IMG/VR virus record: IMGVR_UViG_3300047321_000238
Location: 1-64,000 of that record
Strand: one strand, 5' to 3'
DNA: 64,000 bases
Made by a program: the position numbers and the translations under genes. This document shows positions 12,301 through 21,800 of this stretch, in pieces; the stretch's first letter is position 1, and every line of letters starts with the position of its first letter. The notes under the pieces are model-generated. The model ran no database searches, was not told the DNA's origin, and was given only the letters and a program-made list of their open reading frames with translations.

Positions 12301-15300
12301 TCTATATCAGCTATCCTAACTGAGTGGTCAAGTGTTTTATCTTTCCTCATTTCAGCTGTTAATTGATTACGTTCTTTAGATAATTCATTAATATCTACAT
12401 TGCTTGAGTAAGTTCCAGATTGATGATCGTATGCTTGAATTGTATGAGAGTAACCTGAATGGCCAACAACATTCTTCTTGTCATTTAACACAAGATTTTG
12501 ATTATTCAATACTTCTTGTAGAATCTTACCTTCTCCTCTTACTAACCCATACTTTGCAAAGTCCTTATCGAAGCCAGCTACATTAATCCTATCTACATCA
12601 TCAGTTATTAATGTACCATTCTTTATTTTTAACTTATCTCCAAAAAGAGCTTTATAGTATTTTCCAAGATCCTTTTTATTAATCTTCTCATTTCGTTGTA
12701 AACTCTCTATAATGTTAGTAGCAGCTAATGAAATAGATTCATGCTTAGTTGCTTCTAAACTTGTAGTTTGAGCTACTCCTTTAAATGCTGGGAATAATTC
12801 TTGTAATGTATCTGAGAAAGCAAATCTTTCTTTAAGTATTCTATCTTCAAAATTCTTTCCTAATTGAGGTGTTAAAAAATCTTCTATATATTCTCTTGAT
12901 AGGTATTGTCCATGAAGTCCTTTAAAGTTTTTAGATTCTAAATCTTTTGCTAAAGTAGAATCGATTGAACCAATAGCCATATCCATTGAATCAACAGTTG
13001 ATTTTTCTGAAGCATCATTATAAATCTTATGACCAAAGTTATCGTATTTATTAATAACTTGATAGTTGAAATTATACTCTTCATTTAAGAAGTCTAAAGC
13101 TGCTTGACCAGTTAGCTTTCTACTTTTAATAGCTTTATTAAGTTCTCTTTGAGATACGACATCTCCATGCTTATTAAAGAATCTACCTCTAAATACACCA
13201 TCAAATTTAGATTGAACTATATTCTTTTCTGAACCGAATGCTCCTAAGACTTGTTCTCTCTTTACTTCATATCCTAATTGATATTTAATATTGCCGTCTG
13301 CATCTATTGTAGGAACTAATTTATGACTTTCTTTAATTGCATTAATAACACTAATGTTTTGATTATGAGCTATTATTAATTCTTTTTTTGCATTAATTAA
13401 TTGTGAATTAGTTTTATAGAAAGCAGCGTATTGTACTCTAGAATCCATTATAGATTGTTGTTCATAAGTACTTAAACTCATTGCTTTCTCTGCTAATGCT
13501 TCGGAAGCTTTACTAAGTTCAGCTTGTGTTAATTTTCTTCCATAATTATTAGACAAGAATTTGCTGAATCTATTTGATTTACCTTCTCTTACTTTTATTA
13601 CATCATCAATAAATTGATTCTTTAAAGTATTAGAATCCATTTGCATATATTTCAATGTTAACCCGCCAGTGTATTTTCCATTGTGGTTAACATATTTGTC
13701 TCCAGCAGAAGACATTAACTTACCGCCAATTGACATGTTTTTTGCTAGTTCTGAATCTTTCTTTAGATATTCATTTATATCTTTTTTAAGATCACGTCTA
13801 TCATATAATACAGTGTTTTCTCTTTGAATAGAAACAGATCTTCCTGTCTTATCGAACTTAGCTATACCATGTTCGTATGAACTATTATCAACAGTTAAAA
13901 TACCTTTAGCTAAGTTTGTATCTTGAGTATGAGGATTTACTGTTTTAGCTAATTCCTTTAAATTTAAGCCATCGATATTTCCTAGATCAGCTCTTTCTTG
14001 AAGCATTGATAATATAGGATTAAGATATTCATCAAAGAATAAATTTTGTTCAGAAGCTAATAATTTGTTAATTTTATCAGGTCTGTAGTCTCCTTTTTTC
14101 ATTTTCTTAATCAAGTCTTTCATGCTTGCAGAAGACTTATCACTTATATTATAAGTTGTTTCTATTTCACTTAATAATCCAGAATGTTGTAATTCAGGCA
14201 AAATACCTACTATTGGATTAGTATTAAAATACATTGCTCTTTTTATTGTATTACTAAAATTAGCATTTTCTTTTCTAGGACCAATTTCTCTTAATACTCC
14301 TGAATCTTTTTTTATCTTATATAAAAGAGATTGAATAATATCTCTATCTCCGTCTCTTGCACTTTTAATAACTTCTTTATAAGTTCTAGTTTTACCTAAA
14401 GCTTCTTGTACATTTGAAGTTATTCTTACATGATCAAGAACATCATGAGCTGAGACATTACCTGGCTTACCTGTTCTAGATAGAATTTCATTTACATTTA
14501 AACTGAAGTTAGTTGCATAATCATTGTTGTTGATTCTATGATTAATAACTCCATCATTTAAAACGTATTTATACATATCAAAGAAATGTTGTTCTCCATT
14601 TCCATTCGTAAAGAACATGTTAGCATTTTTACCTCTACCATTTACGCCTAGAGTTATACCAGTGTCTTTAAGACCTTCAATCAATTGTTCTACTCTAGTA
14701 GTGGCATCTTGCTTACTGAATCCATATTGAGCCTTCATCCATTTTTGTTGATCTGAATTTAAACCCTTAATTTGCTTTTCAAAATCATTTTGTGAAAACG
14801 TCATGAAATAATTGTTTACTACATCTGAAACTAAAGTCTTATTTTTTTCATCAGCAATATAAGTTCTAGAGTTAACTGATTTCATTTCATTAGTAATTAA
14901 TGATTTTAATTTACCTGGCTCAACTCCTGCAATCATACCTGTTAAAGTATCTACATTAGAGTAATCTTGTATAGTTCTAGCAAACTCTAATCCAAAAGCA
15001 GGATTGTTTTTTCTTTCAACATCTACAAATGAATGCAATCTTGTTGTCATTTCATGATTTAATTGTGAATAATTACCGCCATTTTGGTATGAGAATACTT
15101 CTTCTTTTGATAAACCATTCCATACTCCTTTAAATCTAGGATCTTCCCCTATAGCATCATAAGCTGAATTTAAAGCAGTGAAACCAGCATTAGCTTTCTT
15201 GGATTCTTTTACATTCTTAAAGTCATTGCCATGGAACATGTTTAATAAACCATCATTCTTTGTTAAATCTAAAGAAATGAATTTGCTATTTTCTCCAGCA

Positions 15301-17930
15301 ACAGTATAACCTTGATGTGTTTTTTCTATCTCTGGAAATAAGTCTCCTCTTAAGAAATCTATTTTCTCTAATTCATCTCCTGTAAATATAGAAGATTTAG
15401 AATTACTTAATGTTTCAGTAGTTGCTCCAGGGAGTTGTTCTAATACATTGCTCATTACGCTTTGGAATATAAGATTCTTTTGAGCTTTTAATGCTTTAGA
15501 ACTAACACCTTTTGTTCCTTGACTTAAACCTAATTCAGCAAACACATCTTCCATAGTATTTAACAATGGACTTAACGCTTCTGAGTATTTATCTGTTATT
15601 AATGCATTTGCAACAGTTTCAGGCATCAGTCTCATTTCTTTAGTATTATGATCTTCCCACCCTAATGTTGCAGTTAGGTTTTCCATAAGTCCTTGAGTGA
15701 TATTAATTCCTGCAGTTTTATTCTTAGATATCATTTCTGCAATAGTTTGAGAAACTCTTTGATGAGTTGCGTTAGCAGCATTAGTTGTATATCTATGAAG
15801 TTTAGCTACATCTTCATACTCTAGTTTTCTAAGTTTTGATGCAGGACTATCTACATGCATTCTATAAGAACTTCTATCTTTTATCATTTCCCATGCTTTA
15901 TCTGGATCTTCTATGCTCTCTAAAATTACAGCTCCATTTTCATTTTTCATTGTTTTTAAATTTAGAGCTTTAAGATTGTCTTTCATGATATGCTCTTCAC
16001 CGTTTTCGCCAGCACGAGCTACATACGTTCCAGTCATAGTAGGTATTTGGTTCTCATTAGTTAATAGCGTATAGAAAACTGTAGAATCTTCGTAAGTAAC
16101 ATCTTTACCAAACTTAGCTTCAATCATTTTCTTAGTTTCATAAGGAGTAGATTTCATTACAGTTAATTTATCTAAAGTTGAGTATTCTTGATAGTATTGT
16201 CTATCACTAGGTATAGGTAATCCTAAATCTGTGAATGCTTTTTTCCATGCATCTCCTTCATGATTTAAATCAACACTAGAGAACTCGTGAGTATATAAAG
16301 CACCTGACTTAGGACCGTATCCTTGAATATCTTCTTTAGTTACTTTTCCATCAGCACTTATTCTGAAACCATCATAAGTTTTATATGAACCATCTATTGG
16401 ATTATGAGAAAAACTTAATCCACCCTTATTAGAATTCCAATTCTTTTTTCCTGTCTTATCCATAAGGAATACAGCTTTTCCGCCATTTCTATCTGTCATA
16501 GGAATATTATGTTTTAAGTCAGTTAATTTGCTATTAACTTTCTTAGTCATTCCAAACATATATTCACCATAAGACATATCTTTACCATTTATATTTATAG
16601 AATTGTCTGCAAATATATGAAATAAGTTATTTTCATCAGCCTGTGCATTATGGGCAGATACTGACTTGTTTCTTCCTTTATTAAATAGGAAGTTAAATTG
16701 ATCTTCAGTAGCTATACCGAATTTTCCAGTAGCTTGCATTCCTTGTGGTATATGAGAAGCTTGACCAAAGTTTTCTTGAGCATATTTTACAGATTGATAT
16801 AAATCTACATGCTTTCCAGCTTCGTGTCCTACATTTTCTCCTAATATCATTCTTGCACCTGGATCATCGAATATGTCACCATTTTGAGATATAGCAACAC
16901 GATTGTTATATGTTAATCCAGGAGTACTGTTGCTTATTCCTCCATATACTAAATCAGTATATTGTTTAGTATATTTTTTCTTATAATCAGATAATGTTCC
17001 TAATCCATTTTCAGCCAAGTATTGTTCTTGACGCTTACCTATATTTCTATATTCATCAAGACCAATTAAAGCGTTATCTATATTCTTTGTTATATTATCT
17101 GGATCATCAGCACCCGTAATTCTAAATTCAAATCCATTATCTTCATTTTGTTTCACTTTAAAAGTAGGATCACTTAATAAACTTAATCTGCTAATATATA
17201 CGTTATCTCTACCAGTAAGTTCATTAGGAGTTTTACCTCTTAAGCTTGTAATATAATTTTTTACCTCTTGGTGTTCTTCATGTGTAAAACCAGCTACACT
17301 ATTAAGAGTATCTATTGGATTTTTAGATTTAACACCGTTTGCGTTTACTCCCCAAACAGAAGCTGAGAATTCAGTAATATAATCGAATTGTTGATGTCCT
17401 TCCGCATTTACTCCACCTAAAGTTTCTAAATCGTAACTTATAATATTTCCACCATTTTTCATGATGTCCATATAGTTATTGAAAGATCTATATAAGTCTT
17501 GGAAATCAGTCATTTCTGTTTTTGTTGTTCTATTATAATTAGTATAATTAATATCATGAGCCATACCTATAACATTTTTAATTAGTTGAGCACCAGATTC
17601 TTGTTTAGTTAAAGTAGATAAGTTTCCTGATATGCCTTGAAAGAATCCGCCTTTATATAAATTTCCATAAACAGCTTCTCCGATTTTAGAATCACTTTTA
17701 AAACTAGTAGGCTTCTTAAAATCTTTTGATTCTGTAGATAGAACTGTTATAGTATCACTAAAATCTGTTATAAAATCTTTCATCCCTGGATGTATTCCAG
17801 CAACAGTATTTCTTTCTTGATCGCTCATGCCTTTATATAAATCACTATCTAGTATTTTTCTTCTATTATTAGTTTGTTCTTTATTAAATTGATTTGCACT
17901 TTTTCTACTAAGCCACAATTTTTTAAACAT
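9327..17930 (-). CDS. Giant single-chain two-barrel RNA polymerase-like protein (2867 aa) with N-terminal DEDDh exonuclease domain; candidate virion RNAP
   Basis: Beta'-like: KNGLAGDLISTRLSQS, TRFP and MDHDGD. Beta-like: YEQQSI and GHKIYNDASEK (K-x7-K). DEDDh: YDLET, NGDIFD, HNAQAD. C-terminal hydrophobic helix. Confidence 0.7.
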   Translation of the reverse strand: MFKKLWLSRKSANQFNKEQTNNRRKILDSDLYKGMSDQERNTVAGIHPGMKDFITDFSDTITVLSTESKDFKKPTSFKSDSKIGEAVYGNLYKGGFFQGISGNLSTLTKQESGAQLIKNVIGMAHDINYTNYNRTTKTEMTDFQDLYRSFNNYMDIMKNGGNIISYDLETLGGVNAEGHQQFDYITEFSASVWGVNANGVKSKNPIDTLNSVAGFTHEEHQEVKNYITSLRGKTPNELTGRDNVYISRLSLLSDPTFKVKQNEDNGFEFRITGADDPDNITKNIDNALIGLDEYRNIGKRQEQYLAENGLGTLSDYKKKYTKQYTDLVYGGISNSTPGLTYNNRVAISQNGDIFDDPGARMILGENVGHEAGKHVDLYQSVKYAQENFGQASHIPQGMQATGKFGIATEDQFNFLFNKGRNKSVSAHNAQADENNLFHIFADNSININGKDMSYGEYMFGMTKKVNSKLTDLKHNIPMTDRNGGKAVFLMDKTGKKNWNSNKGGLSFSHNPIDGSYKTYDGFRISADGKVTKEDIQGYGPKSGALYTHEFSSVDLNHEGDAWKKAFTDLGLPIPSDRQYYQEYSTLDKLTVMKSTPYETKKMIEAKFGKDVTYEDSTVFYTLLTNENQIPTMTGTYVARAGENGEEHIMKDNLKALNLKTMKNENGAVILESIEDPDKAWEMIKDRSSYRMHVDSPASKLRKLEYEDVAKLHRYTTNAANATHQRVSQTIAEMISKNKTAGINITQGLMENLTATLGWEDHNTKEMRLMPETVANALITDKYSEALSPLLNTMEDVFAELGLSQGTKGVSSKALKAQKNLIFQSVMSNVLEQLPGATTETLSNSKSSIFTGDELEKIDFLRGDLFPEIEKTHQGYTVAGENSKFISLDLTKNDGLLNMFHGNDFKNVKESKKANAGFTALNSAYDAIGEDPRFKGVWNGLSKEEVFSYQNGGNYSQLNHEMTTRLHSFVDVERKNNPAFGLEFARTIQDYSNVDTLTGMIAGVEPGKLKSLITNEMKSVNSRTYIADEKNKTLVSDVVNNYFMTFSQNDFEKQIKGLNSDQQKWMKAQYGFSKQDATTRVEQLIEGLKDTGITLGVNGRGKNANMFFTNGNGEQHFFDMYKYVLNDGVINHRINNNDYATNFSLNVNEILSRTGKPGNVSAHDVLDHVRITSNVQEALGKTRTYKEVIKSARDGDRDIIQSLLYKIKKDSGVLREIGPRKENANFSNTIKRAMYFNTNPIVGILPELQHSGLLSEIETTYNISDKSSASMKDLIKKMKKGDYRPDKINKLLASEQNLFFDEYLNPILSMLQERADLGNIDGLNLKELAKTVNPHTQDTNLAKGILTVDNSSYEHGIAKFDKTGRSVSIQRENTVLYDRRDLKKDINEYLKKDSELAKNMSIGGKLMSSAGDKYVNHNGKYTGGLTLKYMQMDSNTLKNQFIDDVIKVREGKSNRFSKFLSNNYGRKLTQAELSKASEALAEKAMSLSTYEQQSIMDSRVQYAAFYKTNSQLINAKKELIIAHNQNISVINAIKESHKLVPTIDADGNIKYQLGYEVKREQVLGAFGSEKNIVQSKFDGVFRGRFFNKHGDVVSQRELNKAIKSRKLTGQAALDFLNEEYNFNYQVINKYDNFGHKIYNDASEKSTVDSMDMAIGSIDSTLAKDLESKNFKGLHGQYLSREYIEDFLTPQLGKNFEDRILKERFAFSDTLQELFPAFKGVAQTTSLEATKHESISLAATNIIESLQRNEKINKKDLGKYYKALFGDKLKIKNGTLITDDVDRINVAGFDKDFAKYGLVRGEGKILQEVLNNQNLVLNDKKNVVGHSGYSHTIQAYDHQSGTYSSNVDINELSKERNQLTAEMRKDKTLDHSVRIADIDNQIEGIANQKGLKFDNRMNLNLQKEFYNNDSMALARERMNPTEFNKYFGHALNESGEISEKYLNKSMLDPVTSILRGRTLIGYGETRLSDLKGKDKRTHKHLLESYKDSTHEISVEKAEKLYSYQQGVRALDFNSKVYSQDKYDALVSNNKNAYNAFKEVDLSNLKPHEAGWLDLDIGGQGNTIVSAANNPYSHNIMIKTGLGGNEEHLAIARMPERHFEDSLIKTNHIKSLGSLQSSLQRINSGNLKEGSDDLIREQNYARKLVGEIKEMQKHDVTSKNGLAGDLISTRLSQSVFGKASSLTINTNLALGEDTYENLKNLNGKTFLDTAMFDGETLLKRYSKGQLIDAVSASHEAFEKMGYFKEDFMKEFLGKDFVNATDAKEKMVKHLSTNGDTFLATRFPRNQESSDKVVMGYLDTTLRGNQLKALGHTGASMKMDHDGDNFAIARITDNNGKSYSNYVYNGNTSKSEFIQSQEDMLMTRAVNENHHWDQKVRDRVAKEQGIATAGNRIEDIASQRIIDGKVYSAMMDTKNYSLSDMEKMLIKHSNNVKLAMDTGSHQVVIDKFKEQFKDDHAGYKNAVDEYRIATAYQQNKDEFVAKAAKNGIGETNVTNYKVKNIAMTALDKTSEDYNYKSSLLYNMMYLTEEAAISSKSSIKGLDPDKAKQWNNSVENFIRKKGDMNQHLEDMKAWSKKYVVEDVDHDYYWNKSKTFQNIAAEELNGGKSLTKQAFSTMMESKENKEKLQSRMVRDFVNTIGSLKDVAHTGDFLKYSSVGQSMAGVTGAITRPVSSANLPNVQDSYINIMKKSDSDISDIFKFLDMNDVAKNSIMGGPNIIDKVVTGAEEELGDEAKGIGRKIVEGAADLFKAAKGSKIAMGAVGIAAGVMMLGYVGGRPRPADTQAMEEANDYQQPQQGLMDQGMMPSSMGGQQGYVVNINARSDKGKNHAISAIQQAISSGTSSSVNISMNINDNYGNINDRDIQKAIKDAL

Positions 17931-18000
17931 ATATTCAAATCCTTTCTCTACATTGCTATAAATTCCTATTACTATAGAAATGTAATAATATAATAAATAA

Positions 18001-18020
18001 GACCTACAAAAAAGTAGGTC
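18001..18020 (-). terminator. Probable intrinsic terminator
   Basis: gacctac-aaaaaa-gtaggtc hairpin followed by a T-rich run on the minus strand, just after the 18036 stop. Confidence 0.55.
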
Positions 18021-18035
18021 CTATCCAGTTTTATT

Positions 18036-18293
18036 TTATTCTATTGTTTTAGTCTTTTTATTCTTCTTGACAATTGGTTCTTGAATAGCTACAACTGGTT
18101 CATCTATAGGTACTTCTTCAACTGTTTTTTGTTTCTCTAATTCATTAGAAATTATAATTAACATCTCTGAAGCCCCTTGAAGTTTATATATCTCTGCTTC
18201 TATTGCAGAAATCTCATTCTTCTTTGAAACAATGTCATTCCCCTTAAGTTTAAGTTGTGCTTGTACATTTTCATACATTGCTTGAAAATCCAT
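18036..18293 (-). CDS. Small coiled-coil hypothetical protein
   Basis: 85-aa ORF, GAGGA RBS, heptad-like N-terminus. Confidence 0.7.
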   Translation of the reverse strand: MDFQAMYENVQAQLKLKGNDIVSKKNEISAIEAEIYKLQGASEMLIIISNELEKQKTVEEVPIDEPVVAIQEPIVKKNKKTKTIE

Positions 18294-18316
18294 TTTAAAA
18301 TCCTCCTCTTATTATA

Positions 18317-18775
18317 TTATACGAATGTAAAGTCTGAACCTAATGTAACCCAATTTAAACCTAGTTTATATTTGAGTACATTATTTACTGAATCTATCCA
18401 TATTGTTGCACCAACAGGTTCAGTATCACTAGTTACTATTCCTGCCGATGTAGACATAGCAGTGTTTATCTTAGCTAATTCATTTGATATTTTAGTTGAA
18501 GTCCATAAGTAAGATAATCCTGTTTTTGTATCATCAACTGATCTATTACCAACTGTGTCAGCATTTCCTCCATCTGCTGTAAAGCCTGGAGGAATATTAG
18601 TTAAACTACTGAAGTCATGTGAATGATTTTCATCAGCTTTATTGTTTAACAAGTCTGTTAATGTTTGTATCTTTAATGAAATGGTTATCCCATCTGCAGT
18701 AAGTATCGCATCTTCGTGAGTTTTAGGATATATGATTTCATTGTCTACATTTTTTATAAACGTAATCTTTGGCAC
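18317..18775 (-). CDS. Short tail-fibre-like structural protein
   Basis: IYPKT, KADENHSHDF and GGNADTVG motifs typical of Firmicutes phage fibre repeats; GTG start with GAAGG RBS. Confidence 0.5.
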   Translation of the reverse strand: MPKITFIKNVDNEIIYPKTHEDAILTADGITISLKIQTLTDLLNNKADENHSHDFSSLTNIPPGFTADGGNADTVGNRSVDDTKTGLSYLWTSTKISNELAKINTAMSTSAGIVTSDTEPVGATIWIDSVNNVLKYKLGLNWVTLGSDFTFV

Positions 18776-18849
18776 AATAAAAACCTTCTTTCTATTTTTA
18801 TTATTTCTAATATATTACTTTGGTAATGCTTAAAATACATATATTTAAT

Positions 18850-21800
18850 CTAAAATAATTTGTATAAAGCATTTTGAACTTTTTGATTTAAATTATATTG
18901 TGTTACTCTTCCGATGTTGGTTATTACTTGTAACCCTGAAGCAGAGGTAGGTTCTACGGATACATCTACGCTATGCAAGCCAACGCCATTTAATAATCCT
19001 AACATATCTCTTTGTAGAGCAAGAGGAGATGGACCATTATGAATATCTTTTATCTCTGGAGCTTTTTGGTATGCAGGTTCATTTTTATTTGAATCATACA
19101 TTCCAAAGTCAGATAATAACATACCTTCATTTTCTATAGTCTTCATCTTAATATTTTCTAAGTTCTCATCTGGCCTCCAACCTGCCCAAAACATATTAGG
19201 TAGATTGTGATTACTAAAGAAAGATTTATTAGATTTAGCTTTATCAACTTTTTCTCCCCATAAAACTTTTAAAGCTTTTTGTTTGTAAGGAGAAATCATC
19301 TTAAGTATCTTCTTCCTAGCTCTAGGATCTTTCTCTTTAGCAAACTCTAAGAAATAGTCTCTATCGTATTTAGGTAAAGCTCTAAGTACATCAGCCGCTG
19401 AAGAGTTATTTGTTAAACCATATATAGTTGTGTCTGCAGCTTTCTTATAAGCTAAAGCTGCTTTAGTATATTTGCCCATTTTATAATACTGTTCAGGAGT
19501 TTGTAACTTATATATTGCATTGCTAATATTGTAATCAAGTTGTTTCTTTACTTTAGCATCGATAGTATATTTATCTACTCTTTCTTTTTGCTTCTGTAAT
19601 CTTAATATTGCTTTCTGATTCTTTTTTTGATTGTATTCAAATTTGTTAACAATAGCTGCAATATTAACGCCGTCTTTTCTCTTAGATAGTCGTGCTGCTT
19701 TATTATATAAACCCATGTACTTCATGTATTCTAATCTGTCAAAGTACTCTTCTAATTCCCACTTCTTTTTAGTGTTCTTAGGAATGTACTTGCCAAACAT
19801 CTCATGATAGTTAAAGCTAGGATTTTTAATAGCTGATAATCCTACTCCGATAACTGCTCCAGCAATTGCCCCTTTTCCACCGCCAATTGTTTCTCCTTCT
19901 TTTTCTGCTATCTTTAATGCATTAGCTAAACCAGGAAACTTATTAGCTGGAACTTTTAATTGTCTAGCAACTGCGAATCCAGCCATACCGAAGTTAGCTG
20001 CACTTGCAATAGGATTATTTAAATGAGCAAATCCATAACCTAAAAATCCAATGGTTGCTGATATATTTGCACCATTCTTAGAATTCCAAACAGAAGCTTT
20101 AGATCCCCAATTCATTCTAGGAATTGCTCCAATAATTCCACCAGTTAAAGCATATGGATTAGTGAAAGCGAATAAAGCATGTGATGCCCATTTAGCTTTT
20201 CCTTCTAAACCTTTAGCTCTAGCTTGATTAGACCAGTACCAACTTGCTAAACCAAGAGCTTGAACTCCTAACCCTTTAGACCAACCAGTTTGTAATGTTG
20301 GCATAATGAATCCTTTAATAGGATGTCCCCATGTAGAATAGTTTGTTCCATATACTTGTTCTTTCTTATAAGATTCCATTGGATCATCTATTCTTAAATA
20401 CTTGTTATGAAGATAAGGAATTTGAGCATGAGCAATTCTTTCAAATATAGGGCCCATCATCTTATTAGAATCACCAGCAGCAAATAATTGATCAGCTAAA
20501 GTATCTTGACTATATTTCTCTTTAGCTTTCTTTTCTTCCCACATCTTCTTTGAGATACTTTCAGCTCCAACATTAACTAATGCACTAATAGATCCAGTAT
20601 TATCTCTTTGTCTAAATTTATTGTTTTCGTATTGTAATTCTACAATCATACCTGGCTTTAAGTATTCATGAATATAACTTTTCTTATTTTCATCATTAAG
20701 AGGCTTGACTCCAGCTAGAGTATATTGTTCATCACTACCGACTACTGTAAATCCTCCAGCATTAGCTACAGTGTTAATAACAGCGTGTCTAGTTTCCATC
20801 TTCTTTCCTGCAAATTGATAATTGTAGAATTTGTGATCGCTAGATTGAACCTTAACCCTCTTTTCTATTTGAGCCATTTCAGTTTTCATTTGAGGAGTTA
20901 ATGATGTTTCTTTCGCAATCTTTTTCCATGTCTTATACTCATCTGAACCAGGAGATATATCTGCTAAGATTTTGTATCTATCAAATGCACCATATCTTCC
21001 ATAACTATCTGGATGTAATTTATTTAAAGTTTCATATCCAGCACCAGGAAGTCTAGCTTCTCCTTTAGTTACTTTCGTATAAGGATCTCCTGTTTGATAT
21101 CTTTCAGGCATCCATAATGGCATAGTATTTCTAAGTGGATTAACTTGTTCGATATCATGGTTTTCATGTGGGAAGAAACGTCTAGCGATTTCCATGAAGT
21201 CTCCACCCATACCGCCTACGCCTTCATCCCAGAATCCTCGAACAAAAGAATTCATTTGTCCAGCTTTTTCTAATTGATATCCATGGCTAGCAGGTAACAT
21301 TGAATCAGCTAAGAATCCATACATACCTGATAATTGTTTAGCTGAGTACATTATGCTAGAAACATAATCACTCTTAGAACCTATTTCATTAACATGTATA
21401 TCATTAAGATATTTATCCTTAGCATTAGCAGCAGCCATAGTGAACGGTATATTTTGTAGTTTAGTATTTTCATTTATAACGCCGTTATCTTGGAATTCGT
21501 TAGCATTATTGCCTCTTGTTTTAATACCTTGATTAACTCCAGCTATTAATGACATTGCAGTTGAACCTGTTGTTAATCCACTAGTTACAAGTCTAGATAA
21601 GCCACTAGTTAACATGTCGCTAATAACTCCACTAGGTTCTTGATTTACATTAACATATTGAACTTGAGTGCCACTACCTCCACCTCTTATAACTGGAACA
21701 ACTGTATGATCAACTCCAGCTAGAGTTTCAGGATATCTTTCTCCATCAAATCCTGCAGATGTTACTTTACCTCTACTATTAAACTTAAGACTATATACAG

